A stretch of DNA of 64,000 nucleotides from an uncultured Clostridia bacterium (GTDB lineage Bacteria > Bacillota > Clostridia > UMGS1883), in assembly GCA_947626145.1 (NCBI GenBank), contig CANQRB010000006.1, positions 66,089 to 130,088 of the forward strand, given 5' to 3'. Shown in pieces: positions 1 through 8,384 of this stretch. How positions within the stretch are numbered: position 1 is the first letter of the stretch; each line of letters begins with the position of its first letter. The position numbers and the translations under genes were made by a program. The notes beneath the pieces were generated by a model that did no database searches, was not told where the DNA came from, and saw only the letters and a list, made by a program, of their open reading frames with translations.

Positions 1-737
1 TTGCGGTGGTCGCGGTAGTTGAGGGTGCCCTTCACGGTGACAAGGGGATTGAAGGCCTCGCATTTTATGCCCTTTTTCCGGAGCTTTTTGGCGGACTCCT
101 TAGCGAAGGTGGAAATGCTGCCCAAGTCGTCGTACATGACCCGAACGTCCACGCCCTCGGCGGCCTTGCGCTTCATGATTTTTACCATGGAGTTCCACAT
201 ACGGCCGTTCTCGATAATGAAATACTCCACAAAGATGAAGCGCTCCGCCTTTTTCAGCTCCTCCAGCATTACGGGGAAAAGGTCGTCGCCCAAGGGGTAA
301 TACTCGGCGCTGCGGTTGATGCGCAGGGGGTAGCCCGTCATGTTTTGTACCGTCCGAAAGGTCTGGGCCATGCGCTTATTTTCCACGGAAAGGGCCTCAT
401 ACAGCGGCGTTGTATAGTCGGGCTCCGCCGGAAGCAGTGGCCTCACCTCGTCCAGCCGCTTCTTAAGAGGCTTTGTGGTGCGCTTGTTGCCGAAGAGCAG
501 ATACAGCAGCGCTCCCGGCAGGGGGAAGGTCAGAATTACCAGCAGCCACAGTATTTTGTATGTACCCTCGTCCTGCTTGGTTATGATGTACAAAACGAAG
601 AGCAGAGCCAGCACGCCCAGCACGCCGTTTATCACCACGGCCCAGGGGGCCAGCCACTTGAACAGCACCAGCAGCCATATAAGCTGAAGCAGAACGGCGG
701 GCAGGATAGTCAGCACGCGCCTTAAGATTTTTTCCAT
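1..737 (-). CDS. cls: Cardiolipin synthase, N-terminal part (gene runs off the left edge)
   Basis: Reverse-strand ORF starting at ATG 735-737, preceded by TAAGGAGG, with no stop in the window and so absent from the ORF track. Translation MEKILRRVLTILPAVLLQLIWLLVLFKWLAPWAVVINGVLGVLALLFVLYIITKQDEG...RFIFVEYFIIENG gives two N-terminal TM helices followed by the start of a PLD domain, as in ClsA. The + strand ORF 6..725 is antisense noise. Confidence 0.75.
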   Translation of the reverse strand, partial: MEKILRRVLTILPAVLLQLIWLLVLFKWLAPWAVVINGVLGVLALLFVLYIITKQDEGTYKILWLLVILTFPLPGALLYLLFGNKRTTKPLKKRLDEVRPLLPAEPDYTTPLYEALSVENKRMAQTFRTVQNMTGYPLRINRSAEYYPLGDDLFPVMLEELKKAERFIFVEYFIIENGRMWNSMVKIMKRKAAEGVDVRVMYDDLGSISTFAKESAKKLRKKGIKCEAFNPLVTVKGTLNYRDHR

Positions 738-763
738 AAAAACTCCTCCTTAGAATTTCGAGG

Positions 764-1945
764 TCACGGCCCTACGTAAGTTCCGTCGGCCCATACACCG
801 ATGTCTTCGCTGCCGTCGGGATAATGCATGGTTCCTTGGCCGTTTCTTTGGCCATTTTGCCATTCACCTATGTAATATGCGCCATCAGACCAGTGATATT
901 CGCCTTGACCGTTTGGAAAATCATTTTGCCATTCGCCTTTATAAAGTCTACCATCGGGCCAGTATCGTTCGCCTTGACCGTTTGGTTTGTCATTTTGCCA
1001 TTCGCCTATGTAATATCCGCCATTGGGCCAGTGATATTCGCCTTTACCACTTCTTTCGCCATTTTGAAATTCGCCTTTATAATATGCTCCATCGGGCCAG
1101 TATTGTTCGCCTTGACCGTTTGGCAAGTCATTTTGAAATTCACCTATGTAATATGTACCGTCTGGCCAGTGATATTCGCCTTGACCGTTGGATAAGCCAT
1201 TTTGTAATTCGCCTATATAATAATCTCCATCGGGCCAGTGAAATTCACCGTAACCGTTTCTTTCGCCGTTTTGAAATTCGCCTATGTAATAAGCCCCATC
1301 GTCCCAAAATTCAGCGCCCTGCCTCAGTTTACCGTTATCAAAAATGCCGTATGCTGTTGGAACGCCGGTGGCCTTGTCATAAACAATGCCCTTCATGTAA
1401 AGCTTCGTACCCTCTGATAAAAACATATTGTCTGATAGAAACTTGTAACCGATAAAATAACGGAAATCGTTCCAATCAATAGTCTGATATACATTGGAAG
1501 AGTTGAGGTTCACAACGTTCGAGTCGGCGCTCAACATTAAGCAAAAAACGCTGGCGATAGTTTTCACGGGGACATAGAGGACGTCGGAAATAACGAGCAT
1601 GGGAGAGTCCATATTTTCGTTGACATAGTTCCACGCCACAACATTTGATCCCACGGCCATGCCGAGGTGTACGCCGGGGGCGTCAATGGTGGCGATTTGG
1701 GCCGCGCTGTCATAGCTCACCGTGCAGCCCATTGGCAGGGCGGCACATAAGGCGTAGAGCGGCGCATATATAACTCCGTTGACAGACAGAGGCCGATACT
1801 CAAAATTGATGGGCTGGCCGTCAAGAGAAACCTTGATGGGTTGGCCGCCGACATTGTCAACTATACTGTCAGCCGCCCCGGCGGTAATTGGCACAAGGGA
1901 CAGTGCGAGGGTGAGTGTGACGAGTAACGCGATAAGTTTTTTCAT
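764..1945 (-). CDS. Secreted protein with a copper-amine-oxidase-like N-terminal domain and about 8 MORN repeats
   Basis: Signal peptide MKKLIALLVTLTLALSLVPITAGAA. Repeated YYIGEFQNGxxNGxGEYHWPDG units (MORN, 23 aa) are visible as 69-bp DNA periodicity. Confidence 0.65.
   Translation of the reverse strand: MKKLIALLVTLTLALSLVPITAGAADSIVDNVGGQPIKVSLDGQPINFEYRPLSVNGVIYAPLYALCAALPMGCTVSYDSAAQIATIDAPGVHLGMAVGSNVVAWNYVNENMDSPMLVISDVLYVPVKTIASVFCLMLSADSNVVNLNSSNVYQTIDWNDFRYFIGYKFLSDNMFLSEGTKLYMKGIVYDKATGVPTAYGIFDNGKLRQGAEFWDDGAYYIGEFQNGERNGYGEFHWPDGDYYIGELQNGLSNGQGEYHWPDGTYYIGEFQNDLPNGQGEQYWPDGAYYKGEFQNGERSGKGEYHWPNGGYYIGEWQNDKPNGQGERYWPDGRLYKGEWQNDFPNGQGEYHWSDGAYYIGEWQNGQRNGQGTMHYPDGSEDIGVWADGTYVGP
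790..1333 (-). repeat. Tandem 69-bp coding repeats (MORN units)
   Basis: Periodic cgccttgaccgtttgg / ggccagtgatattcgcc-type units recur in the DNA. They are seen as repeated GEYHWPDG-YYIGE in the translation. Confidence 0.6.
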
Positions 1946-2000
1946 GGTTTTTTCTCCTTTACGTTTAAATTTTTATTGGAAGCGAATAGTGTCGGCCGTA

Positions 2001-2786
2001 TCAGCCGAACATCTCAAAGGCGCCGACCACCTTCAGTATCTGTGTATCCACCTTGTCCCGTCCGTAGGCGTCGAGGAAGCGTTCGCCGTATCTGTCGGAC
2101 TTGAGGTTGTAATTCAAGGACCACAGACCCCAGTAAAGGTCAATGTGGCGGTCACCCACGCCGCCGTTGCCAAGGTCTATGAAGCCGCCAAGGCGCCAGT
2201 CGTTCAGTATGACGTTAGGCAGGCAGAAATCCCCGTGAATGAGCACGTCGGACTTTAGCATTTTGCGCCCCTCGACCACCGTGTGCCAGACCTCCTCGGA
2301 GGAGGTGTTGCCCCGGTTGTGGGGGAACATGGCGTCATAGTATCTGCGGCCCCGATAGCACCTTTCGGCGGCGGCGTAATAGTCCTCCGTCCGGTCGGGC
2401 ACGGGGCAGCCGGCGCAGTCGGTCTCGTGGAGCCGGCGGAGAGTTTCGCCCAAAAGCTGGGCCAGACGTTCCGGCTCGTCCAGATACCCGGCGGCGGTAC
2501 AGTCCTCTCCGGGGGCCCGGGCGGTCACCAGCCAGTCCCTGTGGTCGGAGACGTAGCTCACCACCTCCGGAGCCAGACCCTTGGCGTAGAAATATCGGGT
2601 CAGCCGGGCCTCCTTGCTGAGTTCGCCTCTGGACGAGGTTTTCAGAAAATAGCCCCCGTCCCTGTCTATGTAGACCACCTTGGCGGCCTGAGAACAGCTG
2701 CTGTCGTAGATTTTGGCGTCCTTCACCAGAGGCAGCAGCTCCGACGGAAGGCCGTCGGTGTTGAATGTTATCGGTGTGCGTTCCAT
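2001..2786 (-). CDS. Aminoglycoside phosphotransferase (APH(3')-like) family kinase
   Basis: HGDFCLPNVILNDWRLGGFIDLGNGGVGDRHIDL matches the APH catalytic and Mg-binding motifs. Start chosen at ATG 2784-2786 with AGGAGG 9 nt upstream; the ORF track extends further 5'. Confidence 0.7.
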   Translation of the reverse strand: MERTPITFNTDGLPSELLPLVKDAKIYDSSCSQAAKVVYIDRDGGYFLKTSSRGELSKEARLTRYFYAKGLAPEVVSYVSDHRDWLVTARAPGEDCTAAGYLDEPERLAQLLGETLRRLHETDCAGCPVPDRTEDYYAAAERCYRGRRYYDAMFPHNRGNTSSEEVWHTVVEGRKMLKSDVLIHGDFCLPNVILNDWRLGGFIDLGNGGVGDRHIDLYWGLWSLNYNLKSDRYGERFLDAYGRDKVDTQILKVVGAFEMFG

Positions 2787-2847
2787 TGTTGTTTTCCTCC
2801 TTTTTTTGCTGTCATGCGGGGTGTGTTTCACCGTTAGCGCAATGGGT

Positions 2848-2998
2848 TTGATTTATGATTTCGTTTATCATTGTCAGCATAAATGTTTGATGGCGGACGC
2901 CCAATGGGCGCCCCTACGGAGTTCAAGTCACGCAGCGGGAACAGTCAAGGTAACTGCAATATTCATTCCTCATTCCTCATTCCTAACTCCTAATTCCG
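2848..2998. repeat. Partial copy of the dispersed intergenic element (70-bp module M1 plus heptamer array)
   Basis: gatttatgatttcgtttatcattgtcagcataaatgtttgatggcggacgcccaatgggcgcccctacgg is followed by attcctc attcctc attccta actccta attcc at 2960-2998, abutting the stop of the topoisomerase B gene. Near-identical copies are at about 5588-5660 and 6440-6509. Confidence 0.6.
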
Positions 2999-3000
2999 CC

Positions 3001-5007
3001 TTACGAGACGTCCGTCAAATCAATATATCTGCTGCCGTTTTCTGCGATAAAGTCCTTCCTTCCGGCCAGATTGTCCCCAAGCAGCAGGTCGAACATGGCC
3101 GCCGTGGCCTCGGCCTCCTCGGGCATTATCTGGATAAGGCGGCGGGTCCTGGGGTTCATGGTGGTGCGGCTCATCATCTCGGGCTCGTTCTCGCCCAGGC
3201 CCTTGCTCCGCTGGATGTCCACACCCTTATCCGGCAGCTTGGAAAGAATCTCGGCCTTTTCCTTTTCGTTATAAGCGAAATAGGTTTTGTCCTTATAATT
3301 TATCTCGAACAGGGGCGACTCGGCGATGTAGACCCTGCCCTCCTTTATCAGTGTGGGTATGAGACTGTATATCATGGTTATGACCAGAGTGCGGATGTGA
3401 TAGCCGTCAAAGTCCGCGTCGGTGCATATTATTATCTTGTTCCAGCGCAGATTGCTCAGATCGAAGTCGGCGAACTCCTTGTTGGCTCTGGTCTTGACCT
3501 CGACTCCGCAGCCCAGCACCTTTATAAGGTCGGTGATGATGGGGCTGCCGAAAATTTTGTCATAGTCGGCCTTGAAGCAGTTGAGTATCTTGCCCCTGAT
3601 TGGCATAACCGCCTGAAACGCCGCATCCCGGCCCAGAACCACGCTGCCCTTGGCGCTGTCGCCCTCCACTATGTAGAGCTCGCGCTCGTTCACGTCCTTG
3701 CTGCGGCAGTCCACAAACTTCTTGACCCGATTGGTAACGTCCATGGCGGCGCCCAGCTTCTTCTTCATGTTGGTGCGGGTCTTTTCGGCTGTCTCACGGC
3801 TCCGCTTGTTCAGCAGCACCTGGGCCCCGATGCGCTCGGCCTCGGGGATATTTTCGATGAAATATACCTCCAGACTGTGGCGGATGAAGTCGGTCATGGC
3901 CTCCTGAATGAACTTGTTGGTGATGCTCTTCTTGGTCTGGTTTTCATAGCTGACGGTGGTGGAGAAGCAGTTGGTCACCAGCACAAGGCTGTCGGCCACG
4001 TCGTTCCAGGTTATCTTGCTCTCGTTTTTATTGTATTTGGAATTTTGCTTGAGCCAGGCGTCGATGGCGGAGACAAAGGCGCTCTTGGCGGCCTTTTCCG
4101 GAGCGCCGCCGTGTTCGAGAAAGCTGCTGTTGTGATAGTACTCTATCCGTTGCACCTCGTTGGAAAAGGCGAAGGCGAAGCTTATCTTCACCTTGTACTC
4201 GGGCATATCCGCCCGGTCGCTGCCCTTGCGCTCGCCGCTGTAAAAGGCGGTGGAGTTCAGAGCCTTGTCCCCGATCAGCTCGTTGACGTAATCGACGATG
4301 CCGTTTTCGTATTTGTACTCGAACCTTTTGATGCCCCCGTCCCCGTCGTGGTAGGTGAGCTTAAAGGCGATGCCCTCGTTCACCACGGCCTGACGCTTAA
4401 GGCTGTCCTGAAAGAACTCAAGGGGGATTTCAATGTCGGTAAAGACCTCAAGGTCGGGCTTCCACTTGATAGAGGTGCCGGTGCCCCGATACTTCTTTTC
4501 CTCCTTGAACAGGCCGCCCACGTTCTCGCCCTTCTGGAAAAAGAGCTTGTACTCGTACCCGTCACGGTGGATCACCACGTCCATATACTCCGAGGCGAAC
4601 TGGGTGGCGCAGAGGCCAAGGCCGTTGAGGCCAAGAGAGTAAAGGTAGCTCTCGTCCTCGCCCTTGTCGTACTTGCCGCCGGCGTACATCTCGCAGAACA
4701 CCAGCTCCCAGTTGTAGCGCTGCTCTCTGGCGTTCCATTCCACGGGGCAGCCCCGGCCGTGGTCTATGACCTCGATGGAGTTGTCGGCGTAGCGTATGAC
4801 CTCGATAACGCTGCCGTGGCCCTCCTTGGCCTCGTCAATGGAGTTGCTTATTATTTCAAAAACGCTGTGCTCGCAGCCCTCGAGCCCGTCGCTGCCGAAG
4901 ATAACTCCGGGGCGCTTGCGAACCTTGTCGGGGCCTTTGAGCATGGTTATGCTTTCGTTGCCGTAGGATCTCTTAGCCAAAACCATCTGTCCTTTCAAAA
5001 ACAACAT
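3001..5007 (-). CDS. Type IIA DNA topoisomerase subunit B (ParE/GyrB-like)
   Basis: 668 aa with a GHKL ATPase N-terminus (VFEIISNSIDEA), a TOPRIM region (EGDSAKGS...) and the C-terminal PLxGK motif. Its A-subunit partner is at 61051-63225. Confidence 0.85.
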   Translation of the reverse strand: MLFLKGQMVLAKRSYGNESITMLKGPDKVRKRPGVIFGSDGLEGCEHSVFEIISNSIDEAKEGHGSVIEVIRYADNSIEVIDHGRGCPVEWNAREQRYNWELVFCEMYAGGKYDKGEDESYLYSLGLNGLGLCATQFASEYMDVVIHRDGYEYKLFFQKGENVGGLFKEEKKYRGTGTSIKWKPDLEVFTDIEIPLEFFQDSLKRQAVVNEGIAFKLTYHDGDGGIKRFEYKYENGIVDYVNELIGDKALNSTAFYSGERKGSDRADMPEYKVKISFAFAFSNEVQRIEYYHNSSFLEHGGAPEKAAKSAFVSAIDAWLKQNSKYNKNESKITWNDVADSLVLVTNCFSTTVSYENQTKKSITNKFIQEAMTDFIRHSLEVYFIENIPEAERIGAQVLLNKRSRETAEKTRTNMKKKLGAAMDVTNRVKKFVDCRSKDVNERELYIVEGDSAKGSVVLGRDAAFQAVMPIRGKILNCFKADYDKIFGSPIITDLIKVLGCGVEVKTRANKEFADFDLSNLRWNKIIICTDADFDGYHIRTLVITMIYSLIPTLIKEGRVYIAESPLFEINYKDKTYFAYNEKEKAEILSKLPDKGVDIQRSKGLGENEPEMMSRTTMNPRTRRLIQIMPEEAEATAAMFDLLLGDNLAGRKDFIAENGSRYIDLTDVS

Positions 5008-5099
5008 AAAATATTAATATATATTTTACCATAAATCTGCCGTTATGTCCATACCTATTTTTATTTTTTTGTATGTTTTGTGCGACGGGCAGGACGTTT

Positions 5100-5810
5100 A
5101 AAATTAGGAATGAGGAATAAAGTGCGCATAAATTTTATTTGTCATAGGGAATGTTAGACGGTAGGGCGCGACGACTCGGCGCGCCGCAGTGTTAGCGACA
5201 GTAACAATGACAAGAAATAAGCCTTCTCCTTGAGGAGAAGGTGGCGCGTCAGCGACGGATGAGGTGTAGGACGCGAAAGCGTCCGTTAAAATAAACAGAT
5301 AAAAAATAACGCCGCACGGCGGCTACACCTCATCAGTCGGCCTTCGCCGACAGCTTCCCCTTGAGTAAACGCTGATTAAATAACGCCTACGGCTCAGCAC
5401 GACGCCTGACGGCCAAATTTCCCCGATACTGCGTCAAAAATGCTCGAAATACATCAAGTATTTCTGCGCTTTTTTCCTTGTCTCGTGAAAATTATGTCTC
5501 GCCAATCGCCGCACTGTATTTAATCAGTGTTTACTTGAGGGGAAGCCTTTACATTATTTGTCATTTTTACCATAAGATGGCGCAAAGAGTTTTGATTTAT
5601 AATTTCGTTTATCGTTGTTAACATAAACGTTTGATGGCGGACGCCCGATGGGCGCCCCTACGGTATCAAGGTTACGTTTGCGGTTTCGGCGCGCCGGGGT
5701 CGTCGCGCCCTACCGAATATTTGTCATTCATACTTATTGCATAAATTCACATTCCCATGACAAATAAAACCGCCGCACAACCTATTCCTCATTCCTAATT
5801 CCTAATTTTC
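5100..5810. repeat. About 700-bp non-coding element bounded by roughly 90-bp terminal inverted repeats (MITE-like, mosaic)
   Basis: Left end: aaaattaggaatgaggaataaag...ttttatttgtcatagggaatgt...ggtagggcgcgacgactcggcgcgccg (5101-5195). The right end (5690-5808) is its reverse complement, with heptamer arrays at both tips. The interior carries module M1 (5588-5660), GC palindromes (ccttctccttgaggagaagg, ggacgcgaaagcgtcc) and no ORF over 60 aa. Confidence 0.6.
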
Positions 5811-6194
5811 CACTCCTATCTCATTAAGCGCAAACTCCACAGCGGCATTATATATCACTCCGACAAAAAACGGCACATAAATCTCCGGCCCGACGTCGTT
5901 CCGCAGCATAAGCCAGCTCAGTCCGGCAAGGATCACCGTCCGGGGCAGACTCCGCAGGGACAGGGCCGTCAGAGCGGCGGCCGTCAGCGCCCAGAACATC
6001 GGCACGCTGTCCCCCGCCGCCAGCGTCCCCACTGCGGCCAGCAGTCCGCCCAGCACAACGCCGTACCAGCGGCAGACCGGCGGCCTCGGCAGGGATACGA
6101 ACAGGGCGGCGCAAAAAAACATCAGTCCCTCCCGCCATACGCCCAGAAGGGCGCAGATTCCCAAGCCAAAAAGCACAGCGAAATATTTTTTCAT
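5802..6194 (-). CDS. Hypothetical small membrane protein
   Basis: 130 aa and hydrophobic with 3-4 predicted TM helices. The RBS GGGGGGAG lies upstream of ATG 6192-6194. Its stop codon sits inside the heptamer repeat array. No recognisable family. Confidence 0.4.
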   Translation of the reverse strand: MKKYFAVLFGLGICALLGVWREGLMFFCAALFVSLPRPPVCRWYGVVLGGLLAAVGTLAAGDSVPMFWALTAAALTALSLRSLPRTVILAGLSWLMLRNDVGPEIYVPFFVGVIYNAAVEFALNEIGVEN

Positions 6195-6353
6195 GACGGC
6201 ACTCCCCCCTTGAGTAAACTTCCATATTTCAAGTGTTGCCGCCGCGGGCCGTCAATATTCTTTAAAAATATAGTTTGGTAATTTTCGAAAAATGTTGGGG
6301 CAAAATATTGACAAGACACGGAATGTGTGGTATAATCAGGAAAAGACGGAAGA

Positions 6354-6582
6354 GAATGAGGAATTAGGAGTGAGGAATTAGGAATAAAGCGTGCGTCAGT
6401 TTTGTTTGGCGTTTTTACCTTAAGGCCGTATAGGAAAATCCGATTGATAATTTCGTTTATTATCGCCGCCGTAAACGTTTGATGGCGGACGCCCAATGGG
6501 CGCCCCTACGATACCCTGTATTATAACTACCCCACCAATCACCATTTATTCCTCATTCCTCATTCCTAATCCCTAATTTTCC
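6354..6582. repeat. Small inverted-repeat-bounded intergenic element (heptamer array - M1 module - heptamer array)
   Basis: gaatgag gaattag gagtgag gaattag gaataaag (6354-6389) ... M1 copy (6440-6509) ... ttattcc tcattcc tcattcc taatccc taatttt (6546-6582) in inverted orientation. The element ends 15 nt before the hflX RBS. Confidence 0.6.
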
Positions 6583-6598
6583 CAAAGGAGGCACACCC

Positions 6599-7855
6599 AT
6601 GACCGAAAAAACAATCGAACGCGCCATACTCTGCGGCGTACACCGTGATTTGCCGGACAGAACCGAGGACACCACCGACGAAACCATCGCCGAGCTGCGG
6701 GAGCTGGCAAAGACCGCCGGAGCCGAGGTGGTGGGCGTGATGGTGCAGAATAAGGATCACCCCGAAACCGCCGCTTACTTCGGCGAGGGAAAGCTGGAAG
6801 AATTAAAATCAGCCATAGCCGCTCTGGAGGCCGACCTGCTGATCTTCGACGACGAGCTCACCGGCAGTCAGATAAGGAACATCGAGGACATCACCGGCGT
6901 TCGGGTGATAGACCGCAGCACCCTTATTCTGGACATTTTCGCCTCCCGGGCCCGGTCTAAGGAAGGCAAGATACAGGTGGAGCTGGCCCAGCTCAGGTAC
7001 AACCTGCCCCGGCTGACGGGGCTTGGAACTCAGCTCAGCCGTCTGGGCGGCGGCATCGGCACACGCGGCCCCGGCGAAACAAAGCTGGAAAGCGACCGCC
7101 GCCACATTCACCGGCGTATCGAGGCCCTTGAGGAGCAGCTCGCCGAGGTGGAGCGCCACCGGGAGCTGCTGCGCGGGCGGCGCACCAAGGACGGGGCCGT
7201 CACCGCCGCTCTTGTGGGCTACACCAATGCCGGCAAGAGCACCCTTATGAACAAGCTCACCGGCTCGGACATCTTCGCGGCGGATATGCTCTTCGCAACC
7301 TTGGATCCCACCGTCCGCTCCCTTGAGCTTTCCGACGGGCGGAACGCCGTCATTGTGGACACCGTTGGCTTTATACGCAAGCTGCCCCACCATTTGATAA
7401 AGGCCTTCCGCTCCACCTTGGAGGAGGCCGCCGAGGCGGACGTGCTCATTCACGTTATCGACGCTTCCGATCCGGAAATGCAGACCCACATCGCCGTGGC
7501 CGACGACCTGCTGGAGGAGCTGGGCTGCAAGGCCGCCCGCACCGTGGCCGTGTTCAACAAATGCGACATCGCTCCGCCCCTGTCTCCCCGGCCCAGAGGC
7601 CGGTACACCGACTATGTGTCGGTCAGCGCCGCCACCGGCGAGGGGCTCGACCGGCTCATGGAAATTTTGGAGGACGCCCTCCCCGGCAAAAAGCGGGAGG
7701 TCAGTCTGCTCTTCCCCTACTCCGACAGCGGCGAAGCCGCAAGGCTCTACGACACCGAGGTAATTCTTGAGGAGGAGTACACCGACGCCGGAATAAAAAT
7801 GCGTATCCTCGCAGATGAGGCCGTGTACGCAAGGGTCAAAAAGTGGGAAGCGTAA
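6599..7855 (+). CDS. hflX: GTPase HflX
   Basis: N-terminal HflX domain plus G domain GYTNAGKSTLMN, DTVGF and NKCD motifs. RBS AAAGGAGG. Confidence 0.9.
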   Translation: MTEKTIERAILCGVHRDLPDRTEDTTDETIAELRELAKTAGAEVVGVMVQNKDHPETAAYFGEGKLEELKSAIAALEADLLIFDDELTGSQIRNIEDITGVRVIDRSTLILDIFASRARSKEGKIQVELAQLRYNLPRLTGLGTQLSRLGGGIGTRGPGETKLESDRRHIHRRIEALEEQLAEVERHRELLRGRRTKDGAVTAALVGYTNAGKSTLMNKLTGSDIFAADMLFATLDPTVRSLELSDGRNAVIVDTVGFIRKLPHHLIKAFRSTLEEAAEADVLIHVIDASDPEMQTHIAVADDLLEELGCKAARTVAVFNKCDIAPPLSPRPRGRYTDYVSVSAATGEGLDRLMEILEDALPGKKREVSLLFPYSDSGEAARLYDTEVILEEEYTDAGIKMRILADEAVYARVKKWEA

Positions 7856-7872
7856 ACCTCCGCATTCCTCAC

Positions 7873-7910
7873 AAAAAAATGCCGTCCCTTTATTTCGGGA
7901 CGGCATTTTC
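7873..7910. terminator. Bidirectional rho-independent terminator between hflX and the convergent small gene
   Basis: aaaaaaatgccgtccc-tttatttc-gggacggcattttc: a GC stem with A-run and T-run flanks. Confidence 0.6.
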
Positions 7911-7918
7911 AGTTATTG

Positions 7919-8287
7919 TCAAATATTCGCAAGAGGGCCGAGTATGTCGGTCATTTTATGATAGACCTCCATAAGCTCATTAACCTTGGCCTTAAAAGCG
8001 GGGTCAAGATCGTCCGCCTTGGAAAGGGCGTCAAGGAAGTGCTTCAGCGCGTGAACGTCGGCGGCGCTGTCGGCGGCGTCGGTATGCGTACCCTTGCCGG
8101 TATACTCGCCGTGCTCCTTCACATAGGACTGTTCGGCCTTGTAGATCACGTCGTCCAGCTTACCGGCCTTGTGGAGACGTTCGACCTCCTTTTCGACCTC
8201 CTCCAGCAGGGGATTGAAGTCCTTGCCGGCCTTGGCTGCCTCTCTGAACTTCTTAAAGAAATTCATTACTCCGTCAATGATGCTCAT
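7919..8287 (-). CDS. Hypothetical small helical protein (122 aa), apparently strongly expressed
   Basis: Charged, helical composition. AGGAGG RBS and a perfect consensus promoter upstream. The overlapping + strand ORF 7916..8311 is V/L/G-rich antisense noise. Confidence 0.5.
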   Translation of the reverse strand: MSIIDGVMNFFKKFREAAKAGKDFNPLLEEVEKEVERLHKAGKLDDVIYKAEQSYVKEHGEYTGKGTHTDAADSAADVHALKHFLDALSKADDLDPAFKAKVNELMEVYHKMTDILGPLANI

Positions 8288-8329
8288 TTCGTTTTCCTCC
8301 TTATTTTTTAATTTTTTTTAATTTAATCA

Positions 8330-8360
8330 AATTATAACATTTTTTCGGGACTTTGTCAAT
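8330..8360 (-). promoter_or_regulatory. Consensus sigma-A promoter for the small gene 7919-8287
   Basis: Minus-strand reading gives TTGACA-aagtcccgaaaaaatgt-TATAAT (17-nt spacer), followed by AGGAGG. Confidence 0.5.
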
Positions 8361-8384
8361 ATTTTACGACAAATTTCTCACATT

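Noticed and set aside
824-1455. + strand ORFs with repeated IRLY/FALTVW motifs
   Set aside because: Antisense reading of the MORN tandem repeats. The minus-strand frame has a signal peptide and canonical MORN units.
2960-2998. Heptamer arrays as possible CRISPR arrays
   Set aside because: Units are 7 bp with no unique spacers, and there are no cas genes in the window. They are direct-repeat arrays, not CRISPR.
2713-5034. 773-aa + strand ORF
   Set aside because: Antisense to the well-supported topoisomerase B gene. The composition (A/G/L/V-rich with no motifs) is typical of high-GC antisense open frames. The same applies to 17555..19753, 21779..23317, 26137..28944, 30503..33319, 53575..56205 and 57001..59061 on the + strand.
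5848-6225. Alternative-frame 125-aa ORF rich in Arg/Gly/Ala
   Set aside because: Composition is typical of an out-of-frame GC-rich reading. The overlapping hydrophobic frame (5802..6194) is more gene-like, though itself uncertain.
7916-8311. 131-aa + strand ORF overlapping the small gene
   Set aside because: Low-complexity L/V/G-rich translation. The minus-strand frame has a consensus promoter, a strong RBS and protein-like composition.
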